A stretch of DNA of 58,805 bases, filler included, from Callorhinchus milii (taxonomy: Eukaryota): NCBI RefSeq assembly GCF_018977255.1. It is 2 parts of 2 records of this genome, joined end to end, with 100 filler letters (N's around TTAATTAATTAA, not from the genome) between each part and the next. Parts side by side here need not be neighbours in the genome. Positions count along the whole stretch, not along the records: positions 29,478 to 58,805 come from NW_024705652.1; 1 more part is not named here. The stretch is one strand, 5' to 3'. Positions 45,492 to 58,805 of the stretch are shown one piece after another. A model generated the notes under the pieces. The model searched no databases and was not told where the DNA came from. It saw only the letters and a list, made by a program, of their open reading frames with translations. The number at the start of each line of letters is the position of its first letter. Within the stretch, counting starts at the first letter, position 1. Position numbers and translations under genes: made by a program.

Positions 45492-46746
45492 AGTAATATA
45501 GTAATACAATGATATACTAATGTACAATACAGTAATATAGTAATACAATGATATACTAATGTACAATACAGTAATATAGTCATACAATGATATACTAATG
45601 TACAATACAGTAATATAGTAATGTAATGATATACTAATGTACAATACAGTAATATAGTAATACAATGATATACTAATATACAATGCAGTAATATAGTAAT
45701 ACAATGATATACTAATGTACAATACAGTAATATAGTAATACAATGATATACTAATGTACAATACAGTAATATAGTAATGTAATGATATACTAATTTACAA
45801 TACAGTAATATAGTAATGTAATGATATACGAATATACAATACAGTAATATAGTAATTTAATGATATACTGATATACAATACAGTAATATAGTAATACAAT
45901 GATATACTAATATACAATACAGTAATATAGTAATACAATGATATACTAATATACAATACAGTAATGTAGTAATGTAATGATATACTAATGTACAATACAG
46001 TAATATAGTAATACAATGATATACTAATGTACAATACAGTAATATAGTAATACAATGATATACTAATATACAATACAGTAATATAGTAATACAATGATAT
46101 ACTAATGTACAATACAGTAATATAGTAATACAATGATATACTAATATACAATACAGTAATATAGTAATGTAATGATATACTAATGTACAATACAGTAATA
46201 TAGTAATACAATGATATACTAATGTACAATACAGTAATATAGTAATACAATGATATACTAATATACAATACAGTAATATAGTAATGTAATGATATACGAA
46301 TATACAATACAGTAATATAGTAATTTAATGATATACTGATATACAATACAGTAATATAGTAATACAATGATATACTAATGTACAATACAGTAATATAGTA
46401 ATACAATGATATACTAATATACAATACAGTAATATAGTAATGTAATGATATACTAATATACAATACAGTAATATAGTAATGTAATGATATACTAATGTAC
46501 AATACAGTAATATAGTAATACAATGATATACTAATGTACAATACAGTAATGTAGTAATACAATGATATACTAATATACAATACAGTAATATAGTAATCCA
46601 ATGATATACTAATGTACAATACAGTAATATAGTAATGTAATGATATACTAATGTACAATACAGTAATATAGTTATGTAATGATATACTAATATACAATAC
46701 AGTAATATAGTAATGTAATGATATACTAATGTACAATACAGTAATA

Positions 46747-47058
46747 ATAATAATAATCCTTGCATTTGATATAGCGCTTTTCACGTCGGGAGGACGTCCC
46801 AAAGCGCTTCACAGAACACACTGTAAAGTGAATTGACTGTATATTTGTGGGCGAACGCGGCAGCCAATTGCGCAGAGCAATGTCCCACAAACATTGAAAA
46901 TTGAAAATGACCAATTTAATTATTGTTTTTAGTTTTGGAGGGATTATTAGGCGTGTGGAGTAAGGAAACTTGCCCAAGGTTTCGTCCTGCCTGGAATTGA
47001 ACTCAGGTCTCTCACTTGCAAAGCGAGTGCTCTAACCACTGAGCTACAGGACTCCACA
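46747..47058 (-). mobile_element. SINE in the satellite, copy 3
   Basis: Near-identical to copy 1, with the same flanks. Confidence 0.92.
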
Positions 47059-49171
47059 AGTAATATAGTAATACAATGATATACTAATGTACAATACAGT
47101 AATATAGTAATACAATGATATACTAATGTACAATACAGTAATATAGTCATACAATGATATACTAATGTACAATACAGTAATATAGTAATGTAATGATATA
47201 CTAATGTACAATACAGTAATATAGTAATGTAATGATATACTAATGTACAATACAGTAATATAGTAATGTAATGATATACTAATGTACAATACAGTAATAT
47301 AGTAATGTAATGATATACTAATGTACAATACAGTAATATAGTAATACAATGATATACTAATATACAATGCAGTGATATAGTAATGTAATGATATACTAAT
47401 GTACAATACAGTAATATAGTAATGTAATGATATACTAATGTACAATACAGTAATATAGTAATACAATGATATACTAATGTACAATACAGTAATATAGTAA
47501 TTCAATGATATACTAATATACAATACAGTAATATAGTAATCCAATGATATACTAATGTACAATACAGTAATATAGTAATGTAATGATATACTAATGTACA
47601 ATACAGTAATATAGTAATGTAATGATATACTAATGTACAATACAGTAATATAGTAATGTAATGATATACTAATTTACAATACAGTAATATAGTAATGTAA
47701 TGATATACGAATATACAATACAGTAATATAGTAATTTAATGATATACTGATATACAATACAGTAATATAGTAATACAATGATATACTAATATACAATACA
47801 GTAATATAGTAATACAATGATATACTAATATACAATACAGTAATGTAGTAATGTAATGATATACTAATGTACAATACAGTAATATAGTAATACAATGATA
47901 TACTAATGTACAATACAGTAATATAGTAATACAATGATATACTAATATACAATATAGTAATATAGTAATGTAATAATATACTAATATACAATACAGTAAT
48001 ATAGTAATGTAATGATATACTAATGTACAATACAGTAATATAGTAATACAATGATATACTAATGTACAATACAGTAATATAGTAATACAATGATATACTA
48101 ATATACAAAACAGTAATATAGTAATACAATGATATACTAATGTACAATACAGTAATATAGTAATACAATGATATACTAATATACAATACAGTAATATAGT
48201 AATGTAATGATATACTAATGTACAATACAGTAATATAGTAATACAATGATATACTAATGTACAATACAGTAATATAGTAATACAATGATATACTAATATA
48301 CAATACAGTAATATAGTAATGTAATGATATACGAATATACAATACAGTAATATAGTAATTTAATGATATACTGATATACAATACAGTAATATAGTAATAC
48401 AATGATATACTAATGTACAATACAGTAATATAGTAATACAATGATATACTAATATACAATACAGTAATATAGTAATGTAATGATATACTAATATACAATA
48501 CAGTAATATAGTAATGTAATGATATACTAATGTACAATACAGTAATATAGTACGAAATGATATACTAATGTACAATACAGTAATATAGTAATAAATGATA
48601 TACTAATGTACAGTACAGTAATATAGTAATACAATGATATACTAATATACAATACAGTAATATAGTAATGTAATGATATACTAATGTACAATACAGTAAT
48701 ATAGTAATACAATGATATACTAATGTACAATACAGTAATATAGTAATACAATGATATACTAATATACAATACAATAATATAGTAATGTAATGATATACTA
48801 ATATACAATACAGTAATATAGTAATGTAATGATATACTAATGTACAATACAGTAATATAGTACGAAATGATATACTAATGTACAATACAGTAATATAGTA
48901 ATAAATGATATACTAATGTACAGTACAGTAATATAGTAATACAATGATATACTAATATACAATACAGTAATATAGTAATGTAATGATATACTAATGTACA
49001 ATACAGTAATATAGTAATAGTAATGATATACTAATGTACAATACTAGTAATATAGTAATACAATGATATACGTAATGTACAATACAGTAATATAGTAATA
49101 CAATGATATACTAATATACAATACAGGTAATATAGTAATGTAATGATATACTAATGTACAATACAGTGATA

Positions 49172-49482
49172 ATAATAATAATCCTTGCATTTGATATAGC
49201 GCTTTTCACGTCGGGAGGACGTCCCAAAGCGCTTCACAGAACACACTGTAAAGTGAATTGACTGTATGTTTGTGGGCGAACGCGGCAGCCAATTGCGCAG
49301 AGCAATGTCCCACAAACATTGAAAATTGAAAATGACCAATTTAATTATTGTTTTAGTTTTGGAGGGATTATTAGGCGTGTGGAGTTAGGAAACTTGCCCA
49401 AGGTTTCGTCCTGCCTGGAATTGAACTCAGGTCTCTCACTTGCAAAGCGAGTGCTCTAACCACTGAGCTACAGGACTCCACA
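49172..49482 (-). mobile_element. SINE in the satellite, copy 4
   Basis: Near-identical to copy 1; the left flank reads AGTGATA. Confidence 0.92.
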
Positions 49483-50905
49483 AGTAATATAGTAATACAA
49501 TGATATACTAATGTACAATACAGTAATATAGTAATACAATGATATACTAATGTACAATACAGTAATATAGTCATACAATGATATACTAATGTACAATACA
49601 GTAATATAGTAATGTAATGATATACTAATGTACAATACAGTAATATAGTAATACAATGATATACTAATATACAATGCAGTAATATAGTAATACAATGATA
49701 TACTAATGTACAATACAGTAATATAGTAATACAATGATATACTAATGTACAATACAGTAATATAGTAATACAATGATATACTAATGTACAATACAGTAAT
49801 ATAGTAATACAATGATATACTAATGTACAATACAGTAATATAGTAATACAATGATATACTAATGTACAATACAGTAATATAGTAATACAATGATATACTA
49901 ATGTACAATACAGTAATATAGTAATACAATGATATACTAATGTACAATACAGTAAAATAGTAATACAATGATATACTAATGTACAATACAGTAATATAGT
50001 AATACAATGATATACTAATGAACAATACAGTAATATAGTAATGTAATGATATACTAATATACAATTCAGTAATATAGTAATGTAATGATATACTAATGTA
50101 CAATACAGTAATATAGTAATACAATGATATACTAATGTACAATACAGTAATATAGTAATACATGATATACTAATGTACAATACAGTAATATAGTAATACA
50201 ATGATATACTAATGTACAATACAGTAATATAGTAATGTAATGATATACTAATGTACAATACAGTAATATAGTAATGTAATGATATACTAATGTACAATAC
50301 AGTAATATAGTAATGTATTGATATACTAATATACAATACAGTAATATAGTAATGTAATGATATACTAATATACAATACAGTAATATAGTAATGTAATGAT
50401 ATACTGATATACAATACAGTAATATAGTAATACAATGATATACTAATATACAATACAGTAATATAGTAATGTAATAATATACTAATATACAATACAGTAA
50501 TATAGTAATGTAATGATATACTAATGTACAATACAGTAATATAGTAATACAATGATATACTAATATACAATACAGTAATATAGTAATACAATGATATACT
50601 AATATACAATACAGTAATATAGTAATACAATGATATACTAATATACAATACAGTAATATAGTAATGTAATGATATACTAATGTACAATACAGTAATATAG
50701 TAATACAATGATATACTAATGCACAATACAGTAATATAGTAATACAATGATATACTAATATAATACTAATATAGTAATATGATATATACTAATATACAAT
50801 ATAGTAATATTATGATATACTAATATACAATATAGTACTATAATATACTGATCAACTAATAATATTATTATAATACACTAATATAATACTAATATAGTAA
50901 TACAC

Positions 50906-51125
50906 TATATATAAAACTGATTGGCTGTGCCGGACCCGGTCCCTGATTGGCTGCGCCGGAGCCGGTCCCTGATTGGCTGAGCCGGAGCCGGAGCCGGTCC
51001 CTGATTGGCTGAGCCGGAGCCGGAGCTGGTCCCTGATTGGCTGTGCCGGAGCCGGTCCCTGATTGGCGCTGACGAAGCGCGGGAAAAGCCGGAGACGCGA
51101 GCGACCGCCATTAGTGACGCAGATG
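50906..51125 (+). promoter_or_regulatory. Pol II promoter-like element with six tandem CCAAT boxes
   Basis: CTGATTGGC with ATTGG at 50920, 50946, 50972, 51004, 51036 and 51062; TATATAAAA at about 50908; TGACG half-sites at 51070 and 51115; CGCCATT at 51106; CpG-rich. Confidence 0.65.
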
Positions 51126-51413
51126 GTGTGTGAGAGGATGAGGGGAGAGGGGGTGAGGGGGGAGAGGGGGTGTGGGGGAGGGGGGGGGTGTGGGGGAGAG
51201 GGGAGGGGGGGGGTAGAGGGGGTGGGGGGAGGGGGGGTAGAGGGGAGGGGGGGGGTGGGGGGGTGAGGGAGGGAGAGGGGAGGGGGGGTGAGGGGAGGGG
51301 GGGGTGAGGGGAGGGGGGGTGTGGGGGGGTGAGGGGAGGGGGGGGGTGAGGGGAGGGGTGGGGTGAGGGGGTGTACGATGCTGTTACTCTGACTAACTGA
51401 CTGTGGTTTGCAG

Positions 51414-52106
51414 GTCGCTGTCGGTCCTCACGCCCTGAGCCCTGAGCCCTGAGCCCTGAGCCCTGAGCCCTGAGCCCTGCCCTGCCCTGCCAGCCCTGCC
51501 CTGCCAGCCCTGCCCTGCCCTGAGCCCTGCCAGCCCTGCCAGCCCTGCCCTGCCAGCCCTGCCCGGCCCTGCCCTGCCAGCCCTGCCCTGCCCGCCCTGC
51601 CCTGCCCTGCCAGCCCTGCCCTGCCCTGCCAGCCCTGCCCTGCCCCGCCCTGCCAGCCCTGCCCTGCCCTGCCCCGCCCTGCCAGCCCTGCCCTACCAGC
51701 CCTGCCCTGCCAGCCCTGCCCTGCCTGCCCTGCCCTGCCAGCCCTGAGCCCTGCCAGCACAGCCCCAGCCCTGAGCCCTGCCCTGCCCTGCCAGCCCTGA
51801 GCCCTGCCAGCCCTGCCCTGCCAGCCCTGCCCTGCCAGCCCTGAGCCCTACCAGCCCTGCCAGCCCTGAGCCCTGCCAGCCCTGCCCTGCCAGCCCTGAG
51901 CCCTACCCTGCCAGCCCTGAGCCCTGCCTGCCCTGAGCCCTGCCCTGCCAGCCCCCTGCCCTGCCAGCCCTGCCCTGCCAGCCCTGAGCCCTGCCAGCCC
52001 TGAGCCCTGCCAGCACAGCCCCAGCCCTGAGCACAGCCCCGACGGCTCGACTCGGCTCCCGGGGCAGCACAGGACCGGACAGGATGGCAACCGCCAGATA
52101 CACAAG
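51414..52106 (+). other. Candidate exon 2 with a (GCCCT)n tract and a possible start MATARYT
   Basis: CTAAC branch point at 51393, TTTGCAG acceptor ending at 51413, GGATGG start context at 52084, and AAG|GTACCC donor at 52107. Confidence 0.4.
51432..52035. repeat. (GCCCT)/(GCCCTGA)/(GCCCTGCCA) simple repeat
   Basis: Seen directly in the sequence. Confidence 0.9.
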
Positions 52107-52134
52107 GTACCCGCATGGCATCGCGCGGGGGGGG

Positions 52135-52405
52135 GGGACAGTCAGGGGGAGGGGAGGGAGGGAGGAGGGGGACTGTCAGGGGGAGGGGGGACGGTCAGGG
52201 GGAGGGGGGACGGTCAGGGGGAGGGGGAGACGGTCAGGGGGAGGGGGGATGGTCAGGGGGAGGGGGAGACGGTCAGGGGGAGGGGAGACGGTCAGGGGGA
52301 GGGGGGACGGTCAGGGGGAGGGGGAGACGGTCAGGGGGAGGGGGGGACGGTCAGGGGGAGGGGGAGACGGTGGGGGGGGGGAGGGAGGAGGGGGGAGAGG
52401 GGGAG
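52135..52405. repeat. G-rich 19-20-bp repeat GGTCAGGGGGAGGGGGGAC
   Basis: About 11 tandem units; G-quadruplex-prone. Confidence 0.85.
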
Positions 52406-52554
52406 ATGAGGGGTTTGATTATTCGAATGGCAATCAACGTGACTGTTGACGTGAATATTATTGTTATCGTCCCAATGGAATACCGCGTGTGTCTGCGTGT
52501 GTGTGCGTGTGTCTGCGTGTGTGTGCGTGTGTGTGCGTGTGTGTGTGTGTGTCT

Positions 52555-55500
52555 CTCTCCGTCGCTCTCACTCTCTCTCAGTCGCTCACACTCTGTCTCT
52601 CAGTCGCTCTCACACTCAGTCGCTCTCTCTCTCTCCGTCGCTCTCACACTCTCAGTCGCTCTCACACTCTGTCTCTCAGTCGCTCACACTCTCAGTCGCT
52701 CTCACACTCTCAGTCGCTCACACACTCTCTCTCCGTCGCTCTCACACTCTCTCTCCGTCGCTCTCACACTCTCTCTTAGTCGCTCTCACTCTCTGTCTCT
52801 CAGTCGCTCTCACACTGTCTCCGTCGCTCTCACACTCTCTCCGTCGCTCTCACACTCTCAGTCGCTCTCACACTCTCAGTCGCTCTCACTCTCTCAGTCG
52901 CTCTCACACTCTCTCTCCATCGCTCTCACACTCTCAGTCGCTCTCACACTCTCTCTCCGTCGCTCTCACACTCTCAGTCGCTCTCACTCTCTCTGTCTCT
53001 CAGTCGCTCACACACTCAGTCTCTCACACTCTCAGTCGCTCTCTCTTTCTCTCACACTCTCTCAGTCTGTCACTCTCTCTCTCTTAGTCGCTCTAACACA
53101 CTGTCTCAGTCGCTCTCACACTCCGTCGCTCTCACATTCTCAGTCGCTCTCACACTCTCAGTCGCTCTCACTCTCTGTCTCTCAGTCGCTCTCACACACT
53201 CAGTCGCTCTCACTCTCTCAGTCGCTCTCACACTCTCAGTCGCTCTCACTATCTCAGTCGCTCTCACACTCTCTCTCCGTCGCTCTCACACTCTCTCTCC
53301 GTCGCTCTCACTCTCTGTCTCTCAGTCGCTCTCACACTCTCAGTCGCTCTCACACTCTCTCTCACACTGTCTCAGTCGCTCTCACACTCTCAGTCGCTCT
53401 CACACAGTCTCACACTCAGTCGCTCTCTCTTTCTCTCACACTCTCTCAGTCTCTTTCACTCTCTCTTAGTCGCTCTCACACACTGTCTCTCAGTCGCTCT
53501 CACACTCTCTCTCTCTCCCAGTCACTCTCACACTCTCTCAGTCGCTCTCACACTCTCTCCGTCGCTCTCATACTCTCAGTCGCTCTCACACACTCTCTCT
53601 CAGTCGCTCTCACACTCTCAGTCGCTCTCACACTCTCTCAGTCGCTCTCACACACTCAGTCGCTCTCACACTCTCACACTGTCTCTGTCGCTCTCTCACA
53701 CTCTCAGTCTCTCACACTCTCAGTCGCTCTCTCTTTCTCTCACACTCTCTCTCTCAGTCTTTCACTCTCTCTCTCTTAGTCGCTCTCACACACTCTCTCA
53801 GTCGCTCTCACACACTCTCTCAGTCGCTCTCACACTCCGTCGCTCTCACACTCTCAGTCGCTCTCACACTCTCTCTCAGTCGCTCTCACTCTCTGTCTCT
53901 CAGTCGCTCTCACACTCTCAGTCGCTCTCACTCTCTGTCTCTCAGTCGCTCTCACACTCTCAGTCGCTCTCACACACTCTCAGTCGCTCTCACTCTCTGT
54001 CTCTCAGTCGCTCTCACACACTCAGTCGCTCTCACACTCTCTCTCACACTGTCTCAGTCGCTCTCACACACTCTCTCTGTCTCTCACACTCTCAGTCGCT
54101 CTCTCTTTCTCTCACACTCTCTCAGTCTCTCTCACTCTCTCTCTCTCTCTCAGTCGCTCTCACACTCTCTCAGTCGCTCTCACACACTCTCTCAGTCGCT
54201 CTCACACTCTCTCTCCGTCGCTCTCACACTCTCAGTCGCTCTCACTCTCTGTCTCTCAGTCGCTCTCACACACTCAGTCGCTCTCACACTCTCTCTCACA
54301 CTGTCTCTCAGTCGCTCTCACACACTCTCAGTCTCTCACACTCTCAGTTGCTCTCTCTTTCACACTCTCTCTCTCAGTCTCTCTCACTCTCTCGCTCAGT
54401 CGCTCTCACACACTGTCTCCCAGTCGCTCTCACACTCTCAGTCGCTCTCACACTCTCTCAGTCGCTCTCACACTCTCTCAGTCGCTCTCACACTCTCTCA
54501 GTCGCTCTCACACTCTCTCAGTCGCTCTCACACTCTCTCTCCGTCGCTCTCACACTCTCAGTCGCTCTCACACACTCTCAGTCGTCAGTCGCTATCACAC
54601 TCAGTCGCTCTCACTCTCAGTCGCTCTCACACACTCGGTCTCTCTCTCAGTCGCTCTCACACTCTCTCCGTCGCTCTCACACTCTCAGTCGCTCTCTCAG
54701 TCGCTCTCACACACTGAGTCGCTCTCACACTCTCACACCGTCTCTGTCGCTCTCACACACTCTCAGTCTCTCACACTCTCAGTCGCTCTCTCTTTCTCTC
54801 ACACTCTCTCTCTCAGTCTCTCTCTCTCTCTTAGTCGCTCTCACACACTCTCTCAGTCGCTCTCACACACTCTCTCAGTCGCTCTCACACTCCGTCGCTC
54901 TCACACTCTCAGTCGCTCTCACACTCTCTCTCAGTCGCTCTCACTCTCTGTCTCTCAGTCGCTCTCACACTCTCAGTCGCTCTCACACACTCTCAGTCGC
55001 TCTCACTCTCTGTCTCTCAGTCGCTCTCACACACTCAGTCGCTCTCACACTCTCTCACACTCTCAGTCGCTCTCTCTTTCTCTCACACTCTCTCAGTCTC
55101 TCTCACTCTCTCTCTCTTAGTCGCTCTCACACACTGTCTCTCAGTCGCTCTCACACTCTCTCAGTCGCTCTCACACACTCTCTCAGTCGCTCTCACACTC
55201 TCTCTCCATCGTTCTCACACTCTCAGTCGCTCTCACTCTCTGTCTCTCAGTCGCTCTCACACACTCAGTCGCTCTCACACTCTCACACTGTCTCTCAGTC
55301 GCTCTCACACACTCTCAGTCTCTCACACTCTCAGTCGCTCTCTCTTTCACACTCTCTCTCTCAGTCTCTCTCACTCTCTCGCTCAGTCGCTCTCACACAC
55401 TGTCTCTCAGTCGCTCTCACACACTCTCAGTCGCTCTCACACTCTCTCAGTCGCTCTCACACACTCTCAGTCTCTCACACTCTCAGTCGCTCTCTCTTTC

Positions 55501-56608
55501 TCTCACACTCTCTCTCTCAGTCTCTCACTCTCTTAGTCGCTCTCACACACTGTCTCCAGTCGCTCTCACACTCTCTCAGTCGCTCTCACACTCTCTCAGT
55601 CGCTCTCACACTCTCTCAGTCGCTCTCACACTCTCTCAGTCGCTCTCACACTCTCTCCGTCGCTCTCACACTCTCTCTCCGTCGCTCTCACACTCTCAGT
55701 CGCTCTCACACACTCTCAGTCGTCAGTCGCTATCACACTCAGTCGCTCTCACTCTCAGTCGCTCTCACACACTCGGTCTCTCTCTCAGTCGCTCTCACAC
55801 TCTCAGTTGCTCTCACACTCTGTCACTCTCACTCTCTCAGTCGCTCTCACACTCTCTCCGTCGCTCTCACACACTGAGTCGCTCTCACACTCTCACACTG
55901 TCTCTGTCGCTCTCACACACTCTCAGTCTCTCACACTCTCAGTCGCTCTCTCTTTCTCTCACACTCTCTCTCTCAGTCTCTCACTCTCTCTCTCTTAGTC
56001 GCTCTCACACACTCTCTCAGTCGCTCTCACACTCCGTCGCTCTCACACTCTCAGTCGCTCTCACACTCTCTCTCAGTCGCTCTCACTCTTTGTCTCTCAG
56101 TCGCTCTCACACTCTCTCACACTGTCTCTCACTCTCTCTCTCTTAGTGGCTCTCACACACTCACTCAGTCGCTCTCACTCTCTGTCTCTCAGTCGCTCTC
56201 ACACTCTCAGTCTCTCATACTCTCAGTCGCTCTCTTTCTCTCACACTCTCTCAGTCTCTCTCACTCTCTCTCTCTCTCTGAGTCGCTCTCACACACTGTC
56301 TCTCAGTCGCTCTCACACTCTCTCAGTCGCTCTCACACACTCTCAGTCTCTCACACTCTCAGTCGCTCTCTCTTTCTCTCACACTCTCTCTCTCAGTCTC
56401 TCACTCTCTCTCTCTCTCTTAGTCGCTCTCACACACTGTCTCCCAGTCGCTCTCACACTCTCTCAGTCGCTCTCACACTCTCTCTGTCTCAGTCGCTCTC
56501 CCACTCTCTCAGTCGCTCTCACTCTCTCTCTCCGTCGCTCTCACACTCAGTCGCTCTCACACTCTCTCTCTCAGTCGCTATCACACTCAGTCGCTCTCAC
56601 TCTCAGTC
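52555..56608. repeat. CAGTCGCTCTCACACT minisatellite, second domain
   Basis: Same unit and orientation as 29710-37040. Confidence 0.95.
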
Positions 56609-56763
56609 TGCGTGTCTTGAGTTCGCCACTCCATCCGGTTTGGTGTTCCAAGCGCTCAGTGACGAGTGGTAAAGACTCCGGTGACGCGTTTGTTGGAATT
56701 ACTCAACTGCCACTGTCATCGCGAGGTGACTTTGGTGAGAGCCTCTCCCTGAGCAGACTGTCA

Positions 56764-56869
56764 GTCAACACCCACCGGCGGCCTTCGCAATGCTTTGTTT
56801 TAATTAAACAGTCGGATTCCCCTGGTCCGCACCAGTTCTAAGTCAGCTGGTAGGCGCCGGCCGAGGAGA
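56764..56869 (-). pseudogene. Internal 28S rRNA fragment, inverted
   Basis: Reverse complement reads CCTCGGCCGGCGCCTACCAGCTGACTTAGAACTGGTGCGGACCAGGGGAATCCGACTGTTTAATTAAAACAAAGCATTGCGAAGGCC...GGGTGTTGAC, the conserved LSU core. Confidence 0.9.
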
Positions 56870-56889
56870 CACGCCGGCCGAGGAGATTA

Positions 56890-58805
56890 CTATACAGTAA
56901 TATAGTAATGTAATGATATACTGATATACAATACAGTAATATAGTAATGTAATGATATACTGATGTACATTACAGTAATATAGTAATACAATGATATACT
57001 AATATACAATACAGTAATATAGTAATACAATGATATCCTAATATCCAATATAGTAATATAGAAATGTAATGATGTACTAATGTACAATACAGTAATATAG
57101 TAATACAATCATATACTAATGTATATAATATAGTAATGTAATGATATGCTAATATACAATATAGTAATATAGTAATGTAATGATATACTAATATACATAT
57201 AGTAATATAGTAATATAATGATATACTAATATACAATACAGTAATACTAGTAATGTAATGATATACTGATATACAATACAGTAATATAGTAATGTAATGA
57301 TATACTAATATACAATACAGTAATATAGTAATGTAATGATATACTAATGTACAATACAGTAATATAGTAATACAATGATATACTAATATCCAATATAGTA
57401 ATATAGTAATGTAATGATGTACTAATGTACAATACAGTAAAATAGTAATACAATGATATACTAATATACAATACAGTAATATAGTAATACAATCATATAC
57501 TAATGTATATAATATAGTAATGTAATGATATACTAATATACAATATAGTAATATAGTAATATAATGATATACTAATATACAATACAGTAATATAGTAATG
57601 TAATGATATACTAATGTACAATACAGTAATATAGAAATGTAATGATACACTCATGTACAATATAGTAACATAGTAATGTGATGATATACTAATGTACAAT
57701 ACAGTAATATAGTAATGTAATGATATACTAATGTATATAATATAGTAATGTAATGATATACTAATGTACAATACAGTAATATAGTAATACAATGATATAC
57801 TAATGTACAATACAGTAATATAGTAATACAATAGATATACTAATGTACAATACAGTAATATAGTAATTACATGAATATACTAATGTACAATACAGTAATA
57901 TAGTAATGTAATTATATACTAATATACAATACAGTAATATAGTAATGTAATGATATACTAATGTACAATACAGTAATATAGTAATACAATGATATACTAA
58001 TGTACAATACAGTAATATAGTAATACAATGATATACTAATGTACAATACAGTAATATAGTAATGTAATGATATACTAATGTACAATACAGTAATATAGTA
58101 ATGTAATGATATACTAATGTACAATACAGTAATATAGTAATGTAATGATATACTAATATACAATACAGTAATATAGTAATGTAATGATATACTAATGTAC
58201 AATACAGTAATATAGTAATACAATGATATACTAATGTACAATACAGTAATATAGTAATACAATGATATACTAATGTACAATACCAGTAATATAGTAATGT
58301 AATGATATACTAATATACAATACAGTAATATAGTAATGAATGATATACTAATGTACAATACAGTAATATAGTTACAATGATATACTAATATCAATATAGT
58401 AATATAGTAATAATGATATACTAATGTACAATAAGTAATAGTATACAACATATACTGATATACAATACAGTAATATAGTAATACAATCATATACTAATGT
58501 ATATAATATAGTAATGTAATGATATACTAATATACAATACAGTAATATAGTAATGTAATGATATACTAATATACAATACAGTAATATAGTAATGTAATGA
58601 TATACTAATGTACAATACAGTAATATAGTAATACAATGATATACTAATGTACAATACAGTAATATAGTAATATATATATACTAATGTATAGTAATATAGT
58701 AATGTAATGATATATACTAATATACAATACAGTAATATAGTAATATGATATACTAATGTACAATACAGTAATATAGTAATACAATGATATACTAATGTAC
58801 CAATA
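56890..58805. repeat. 39-bp AT-rich satellite, second array
   Basis: Same unit and orientation as 41890-50905, but more diverged. Confidence 0.95.

Larger units (their letters stand above)
41890..50905. repeat. 39-bp AT-rich satellite array
   Basis: Unit AGTAATATAGTAAT(AC/GT)AATGATATACTAAT(A/G)TACAATAC, about 200 copies; degenerates near 50760-50905. Confidence 0.97.

Noticed and set aside
41890..50905. CRISPR-like reading of the 39-bp or 54-bp arrays
   Set aside because: Head-to-tail repeats with no unique spacers, no cas genes and a eukaryotic context.
51432..52035. Immunoglobulin switch-like GGGCT/GGGCA pentamers
   Set aside because: No Ig exons nearby; a simple repeat explains it.
50905..52116. 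403-aa minus-strand ORF (GRAGQG repeats)
   Set aside because: Translation of (AGGGC)n, C-runs and the CCAAT repeat.

Overview
This is repeat-rich vertebrate DNA, most likely from a cartilaginous fish (chimaera or shark), inferred from the tRNA-derived SINE, the CR1 tail and the 54-bp ACACTCCCAG minisatellite. An artificial 100-bp linker (N44-TTAATTAATTAA-N44, 29378-29477) joins two pieces that may not be adjacent in the genome. The left part (1-29377) is GC-rich, gene-dense and full of microsatellites. It holds intact spliced PUS3 (-), PKMYT1 (-) and ELOB (+) genes, an unrecognised proline-rich spliced gene (+, about 2345-8196), the last exon of an upstream gene and many SINE fragments. The right part (29478-58805) runs in this order: a CAGTCGCTCTCACACT/CT minisatellite carrying three identical copies of a probable 69-nt symmetric exon; a diverged 45S rDNA copy (ETS, 18S, ITS1, 5.8S, ITS2, 28S) cut about 305 nt into 28S by a 39-bp AT-rich satellite containing four co-amplified SINEs; a six-CCAAT-box Pol II promoter with two candidate exons; the same minisatellite again; an inverted 28S fragment fused to unknown sequence; and the same satellite again. 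The most notable feature is the twice-repeated order minisatellite, rDNA fragment, 39-bp satellite. Most long ORFs in the supplied track are simple-repeat artefacts. Comparisons with human proteins and consensus rRNA are from memory, not from alignments.
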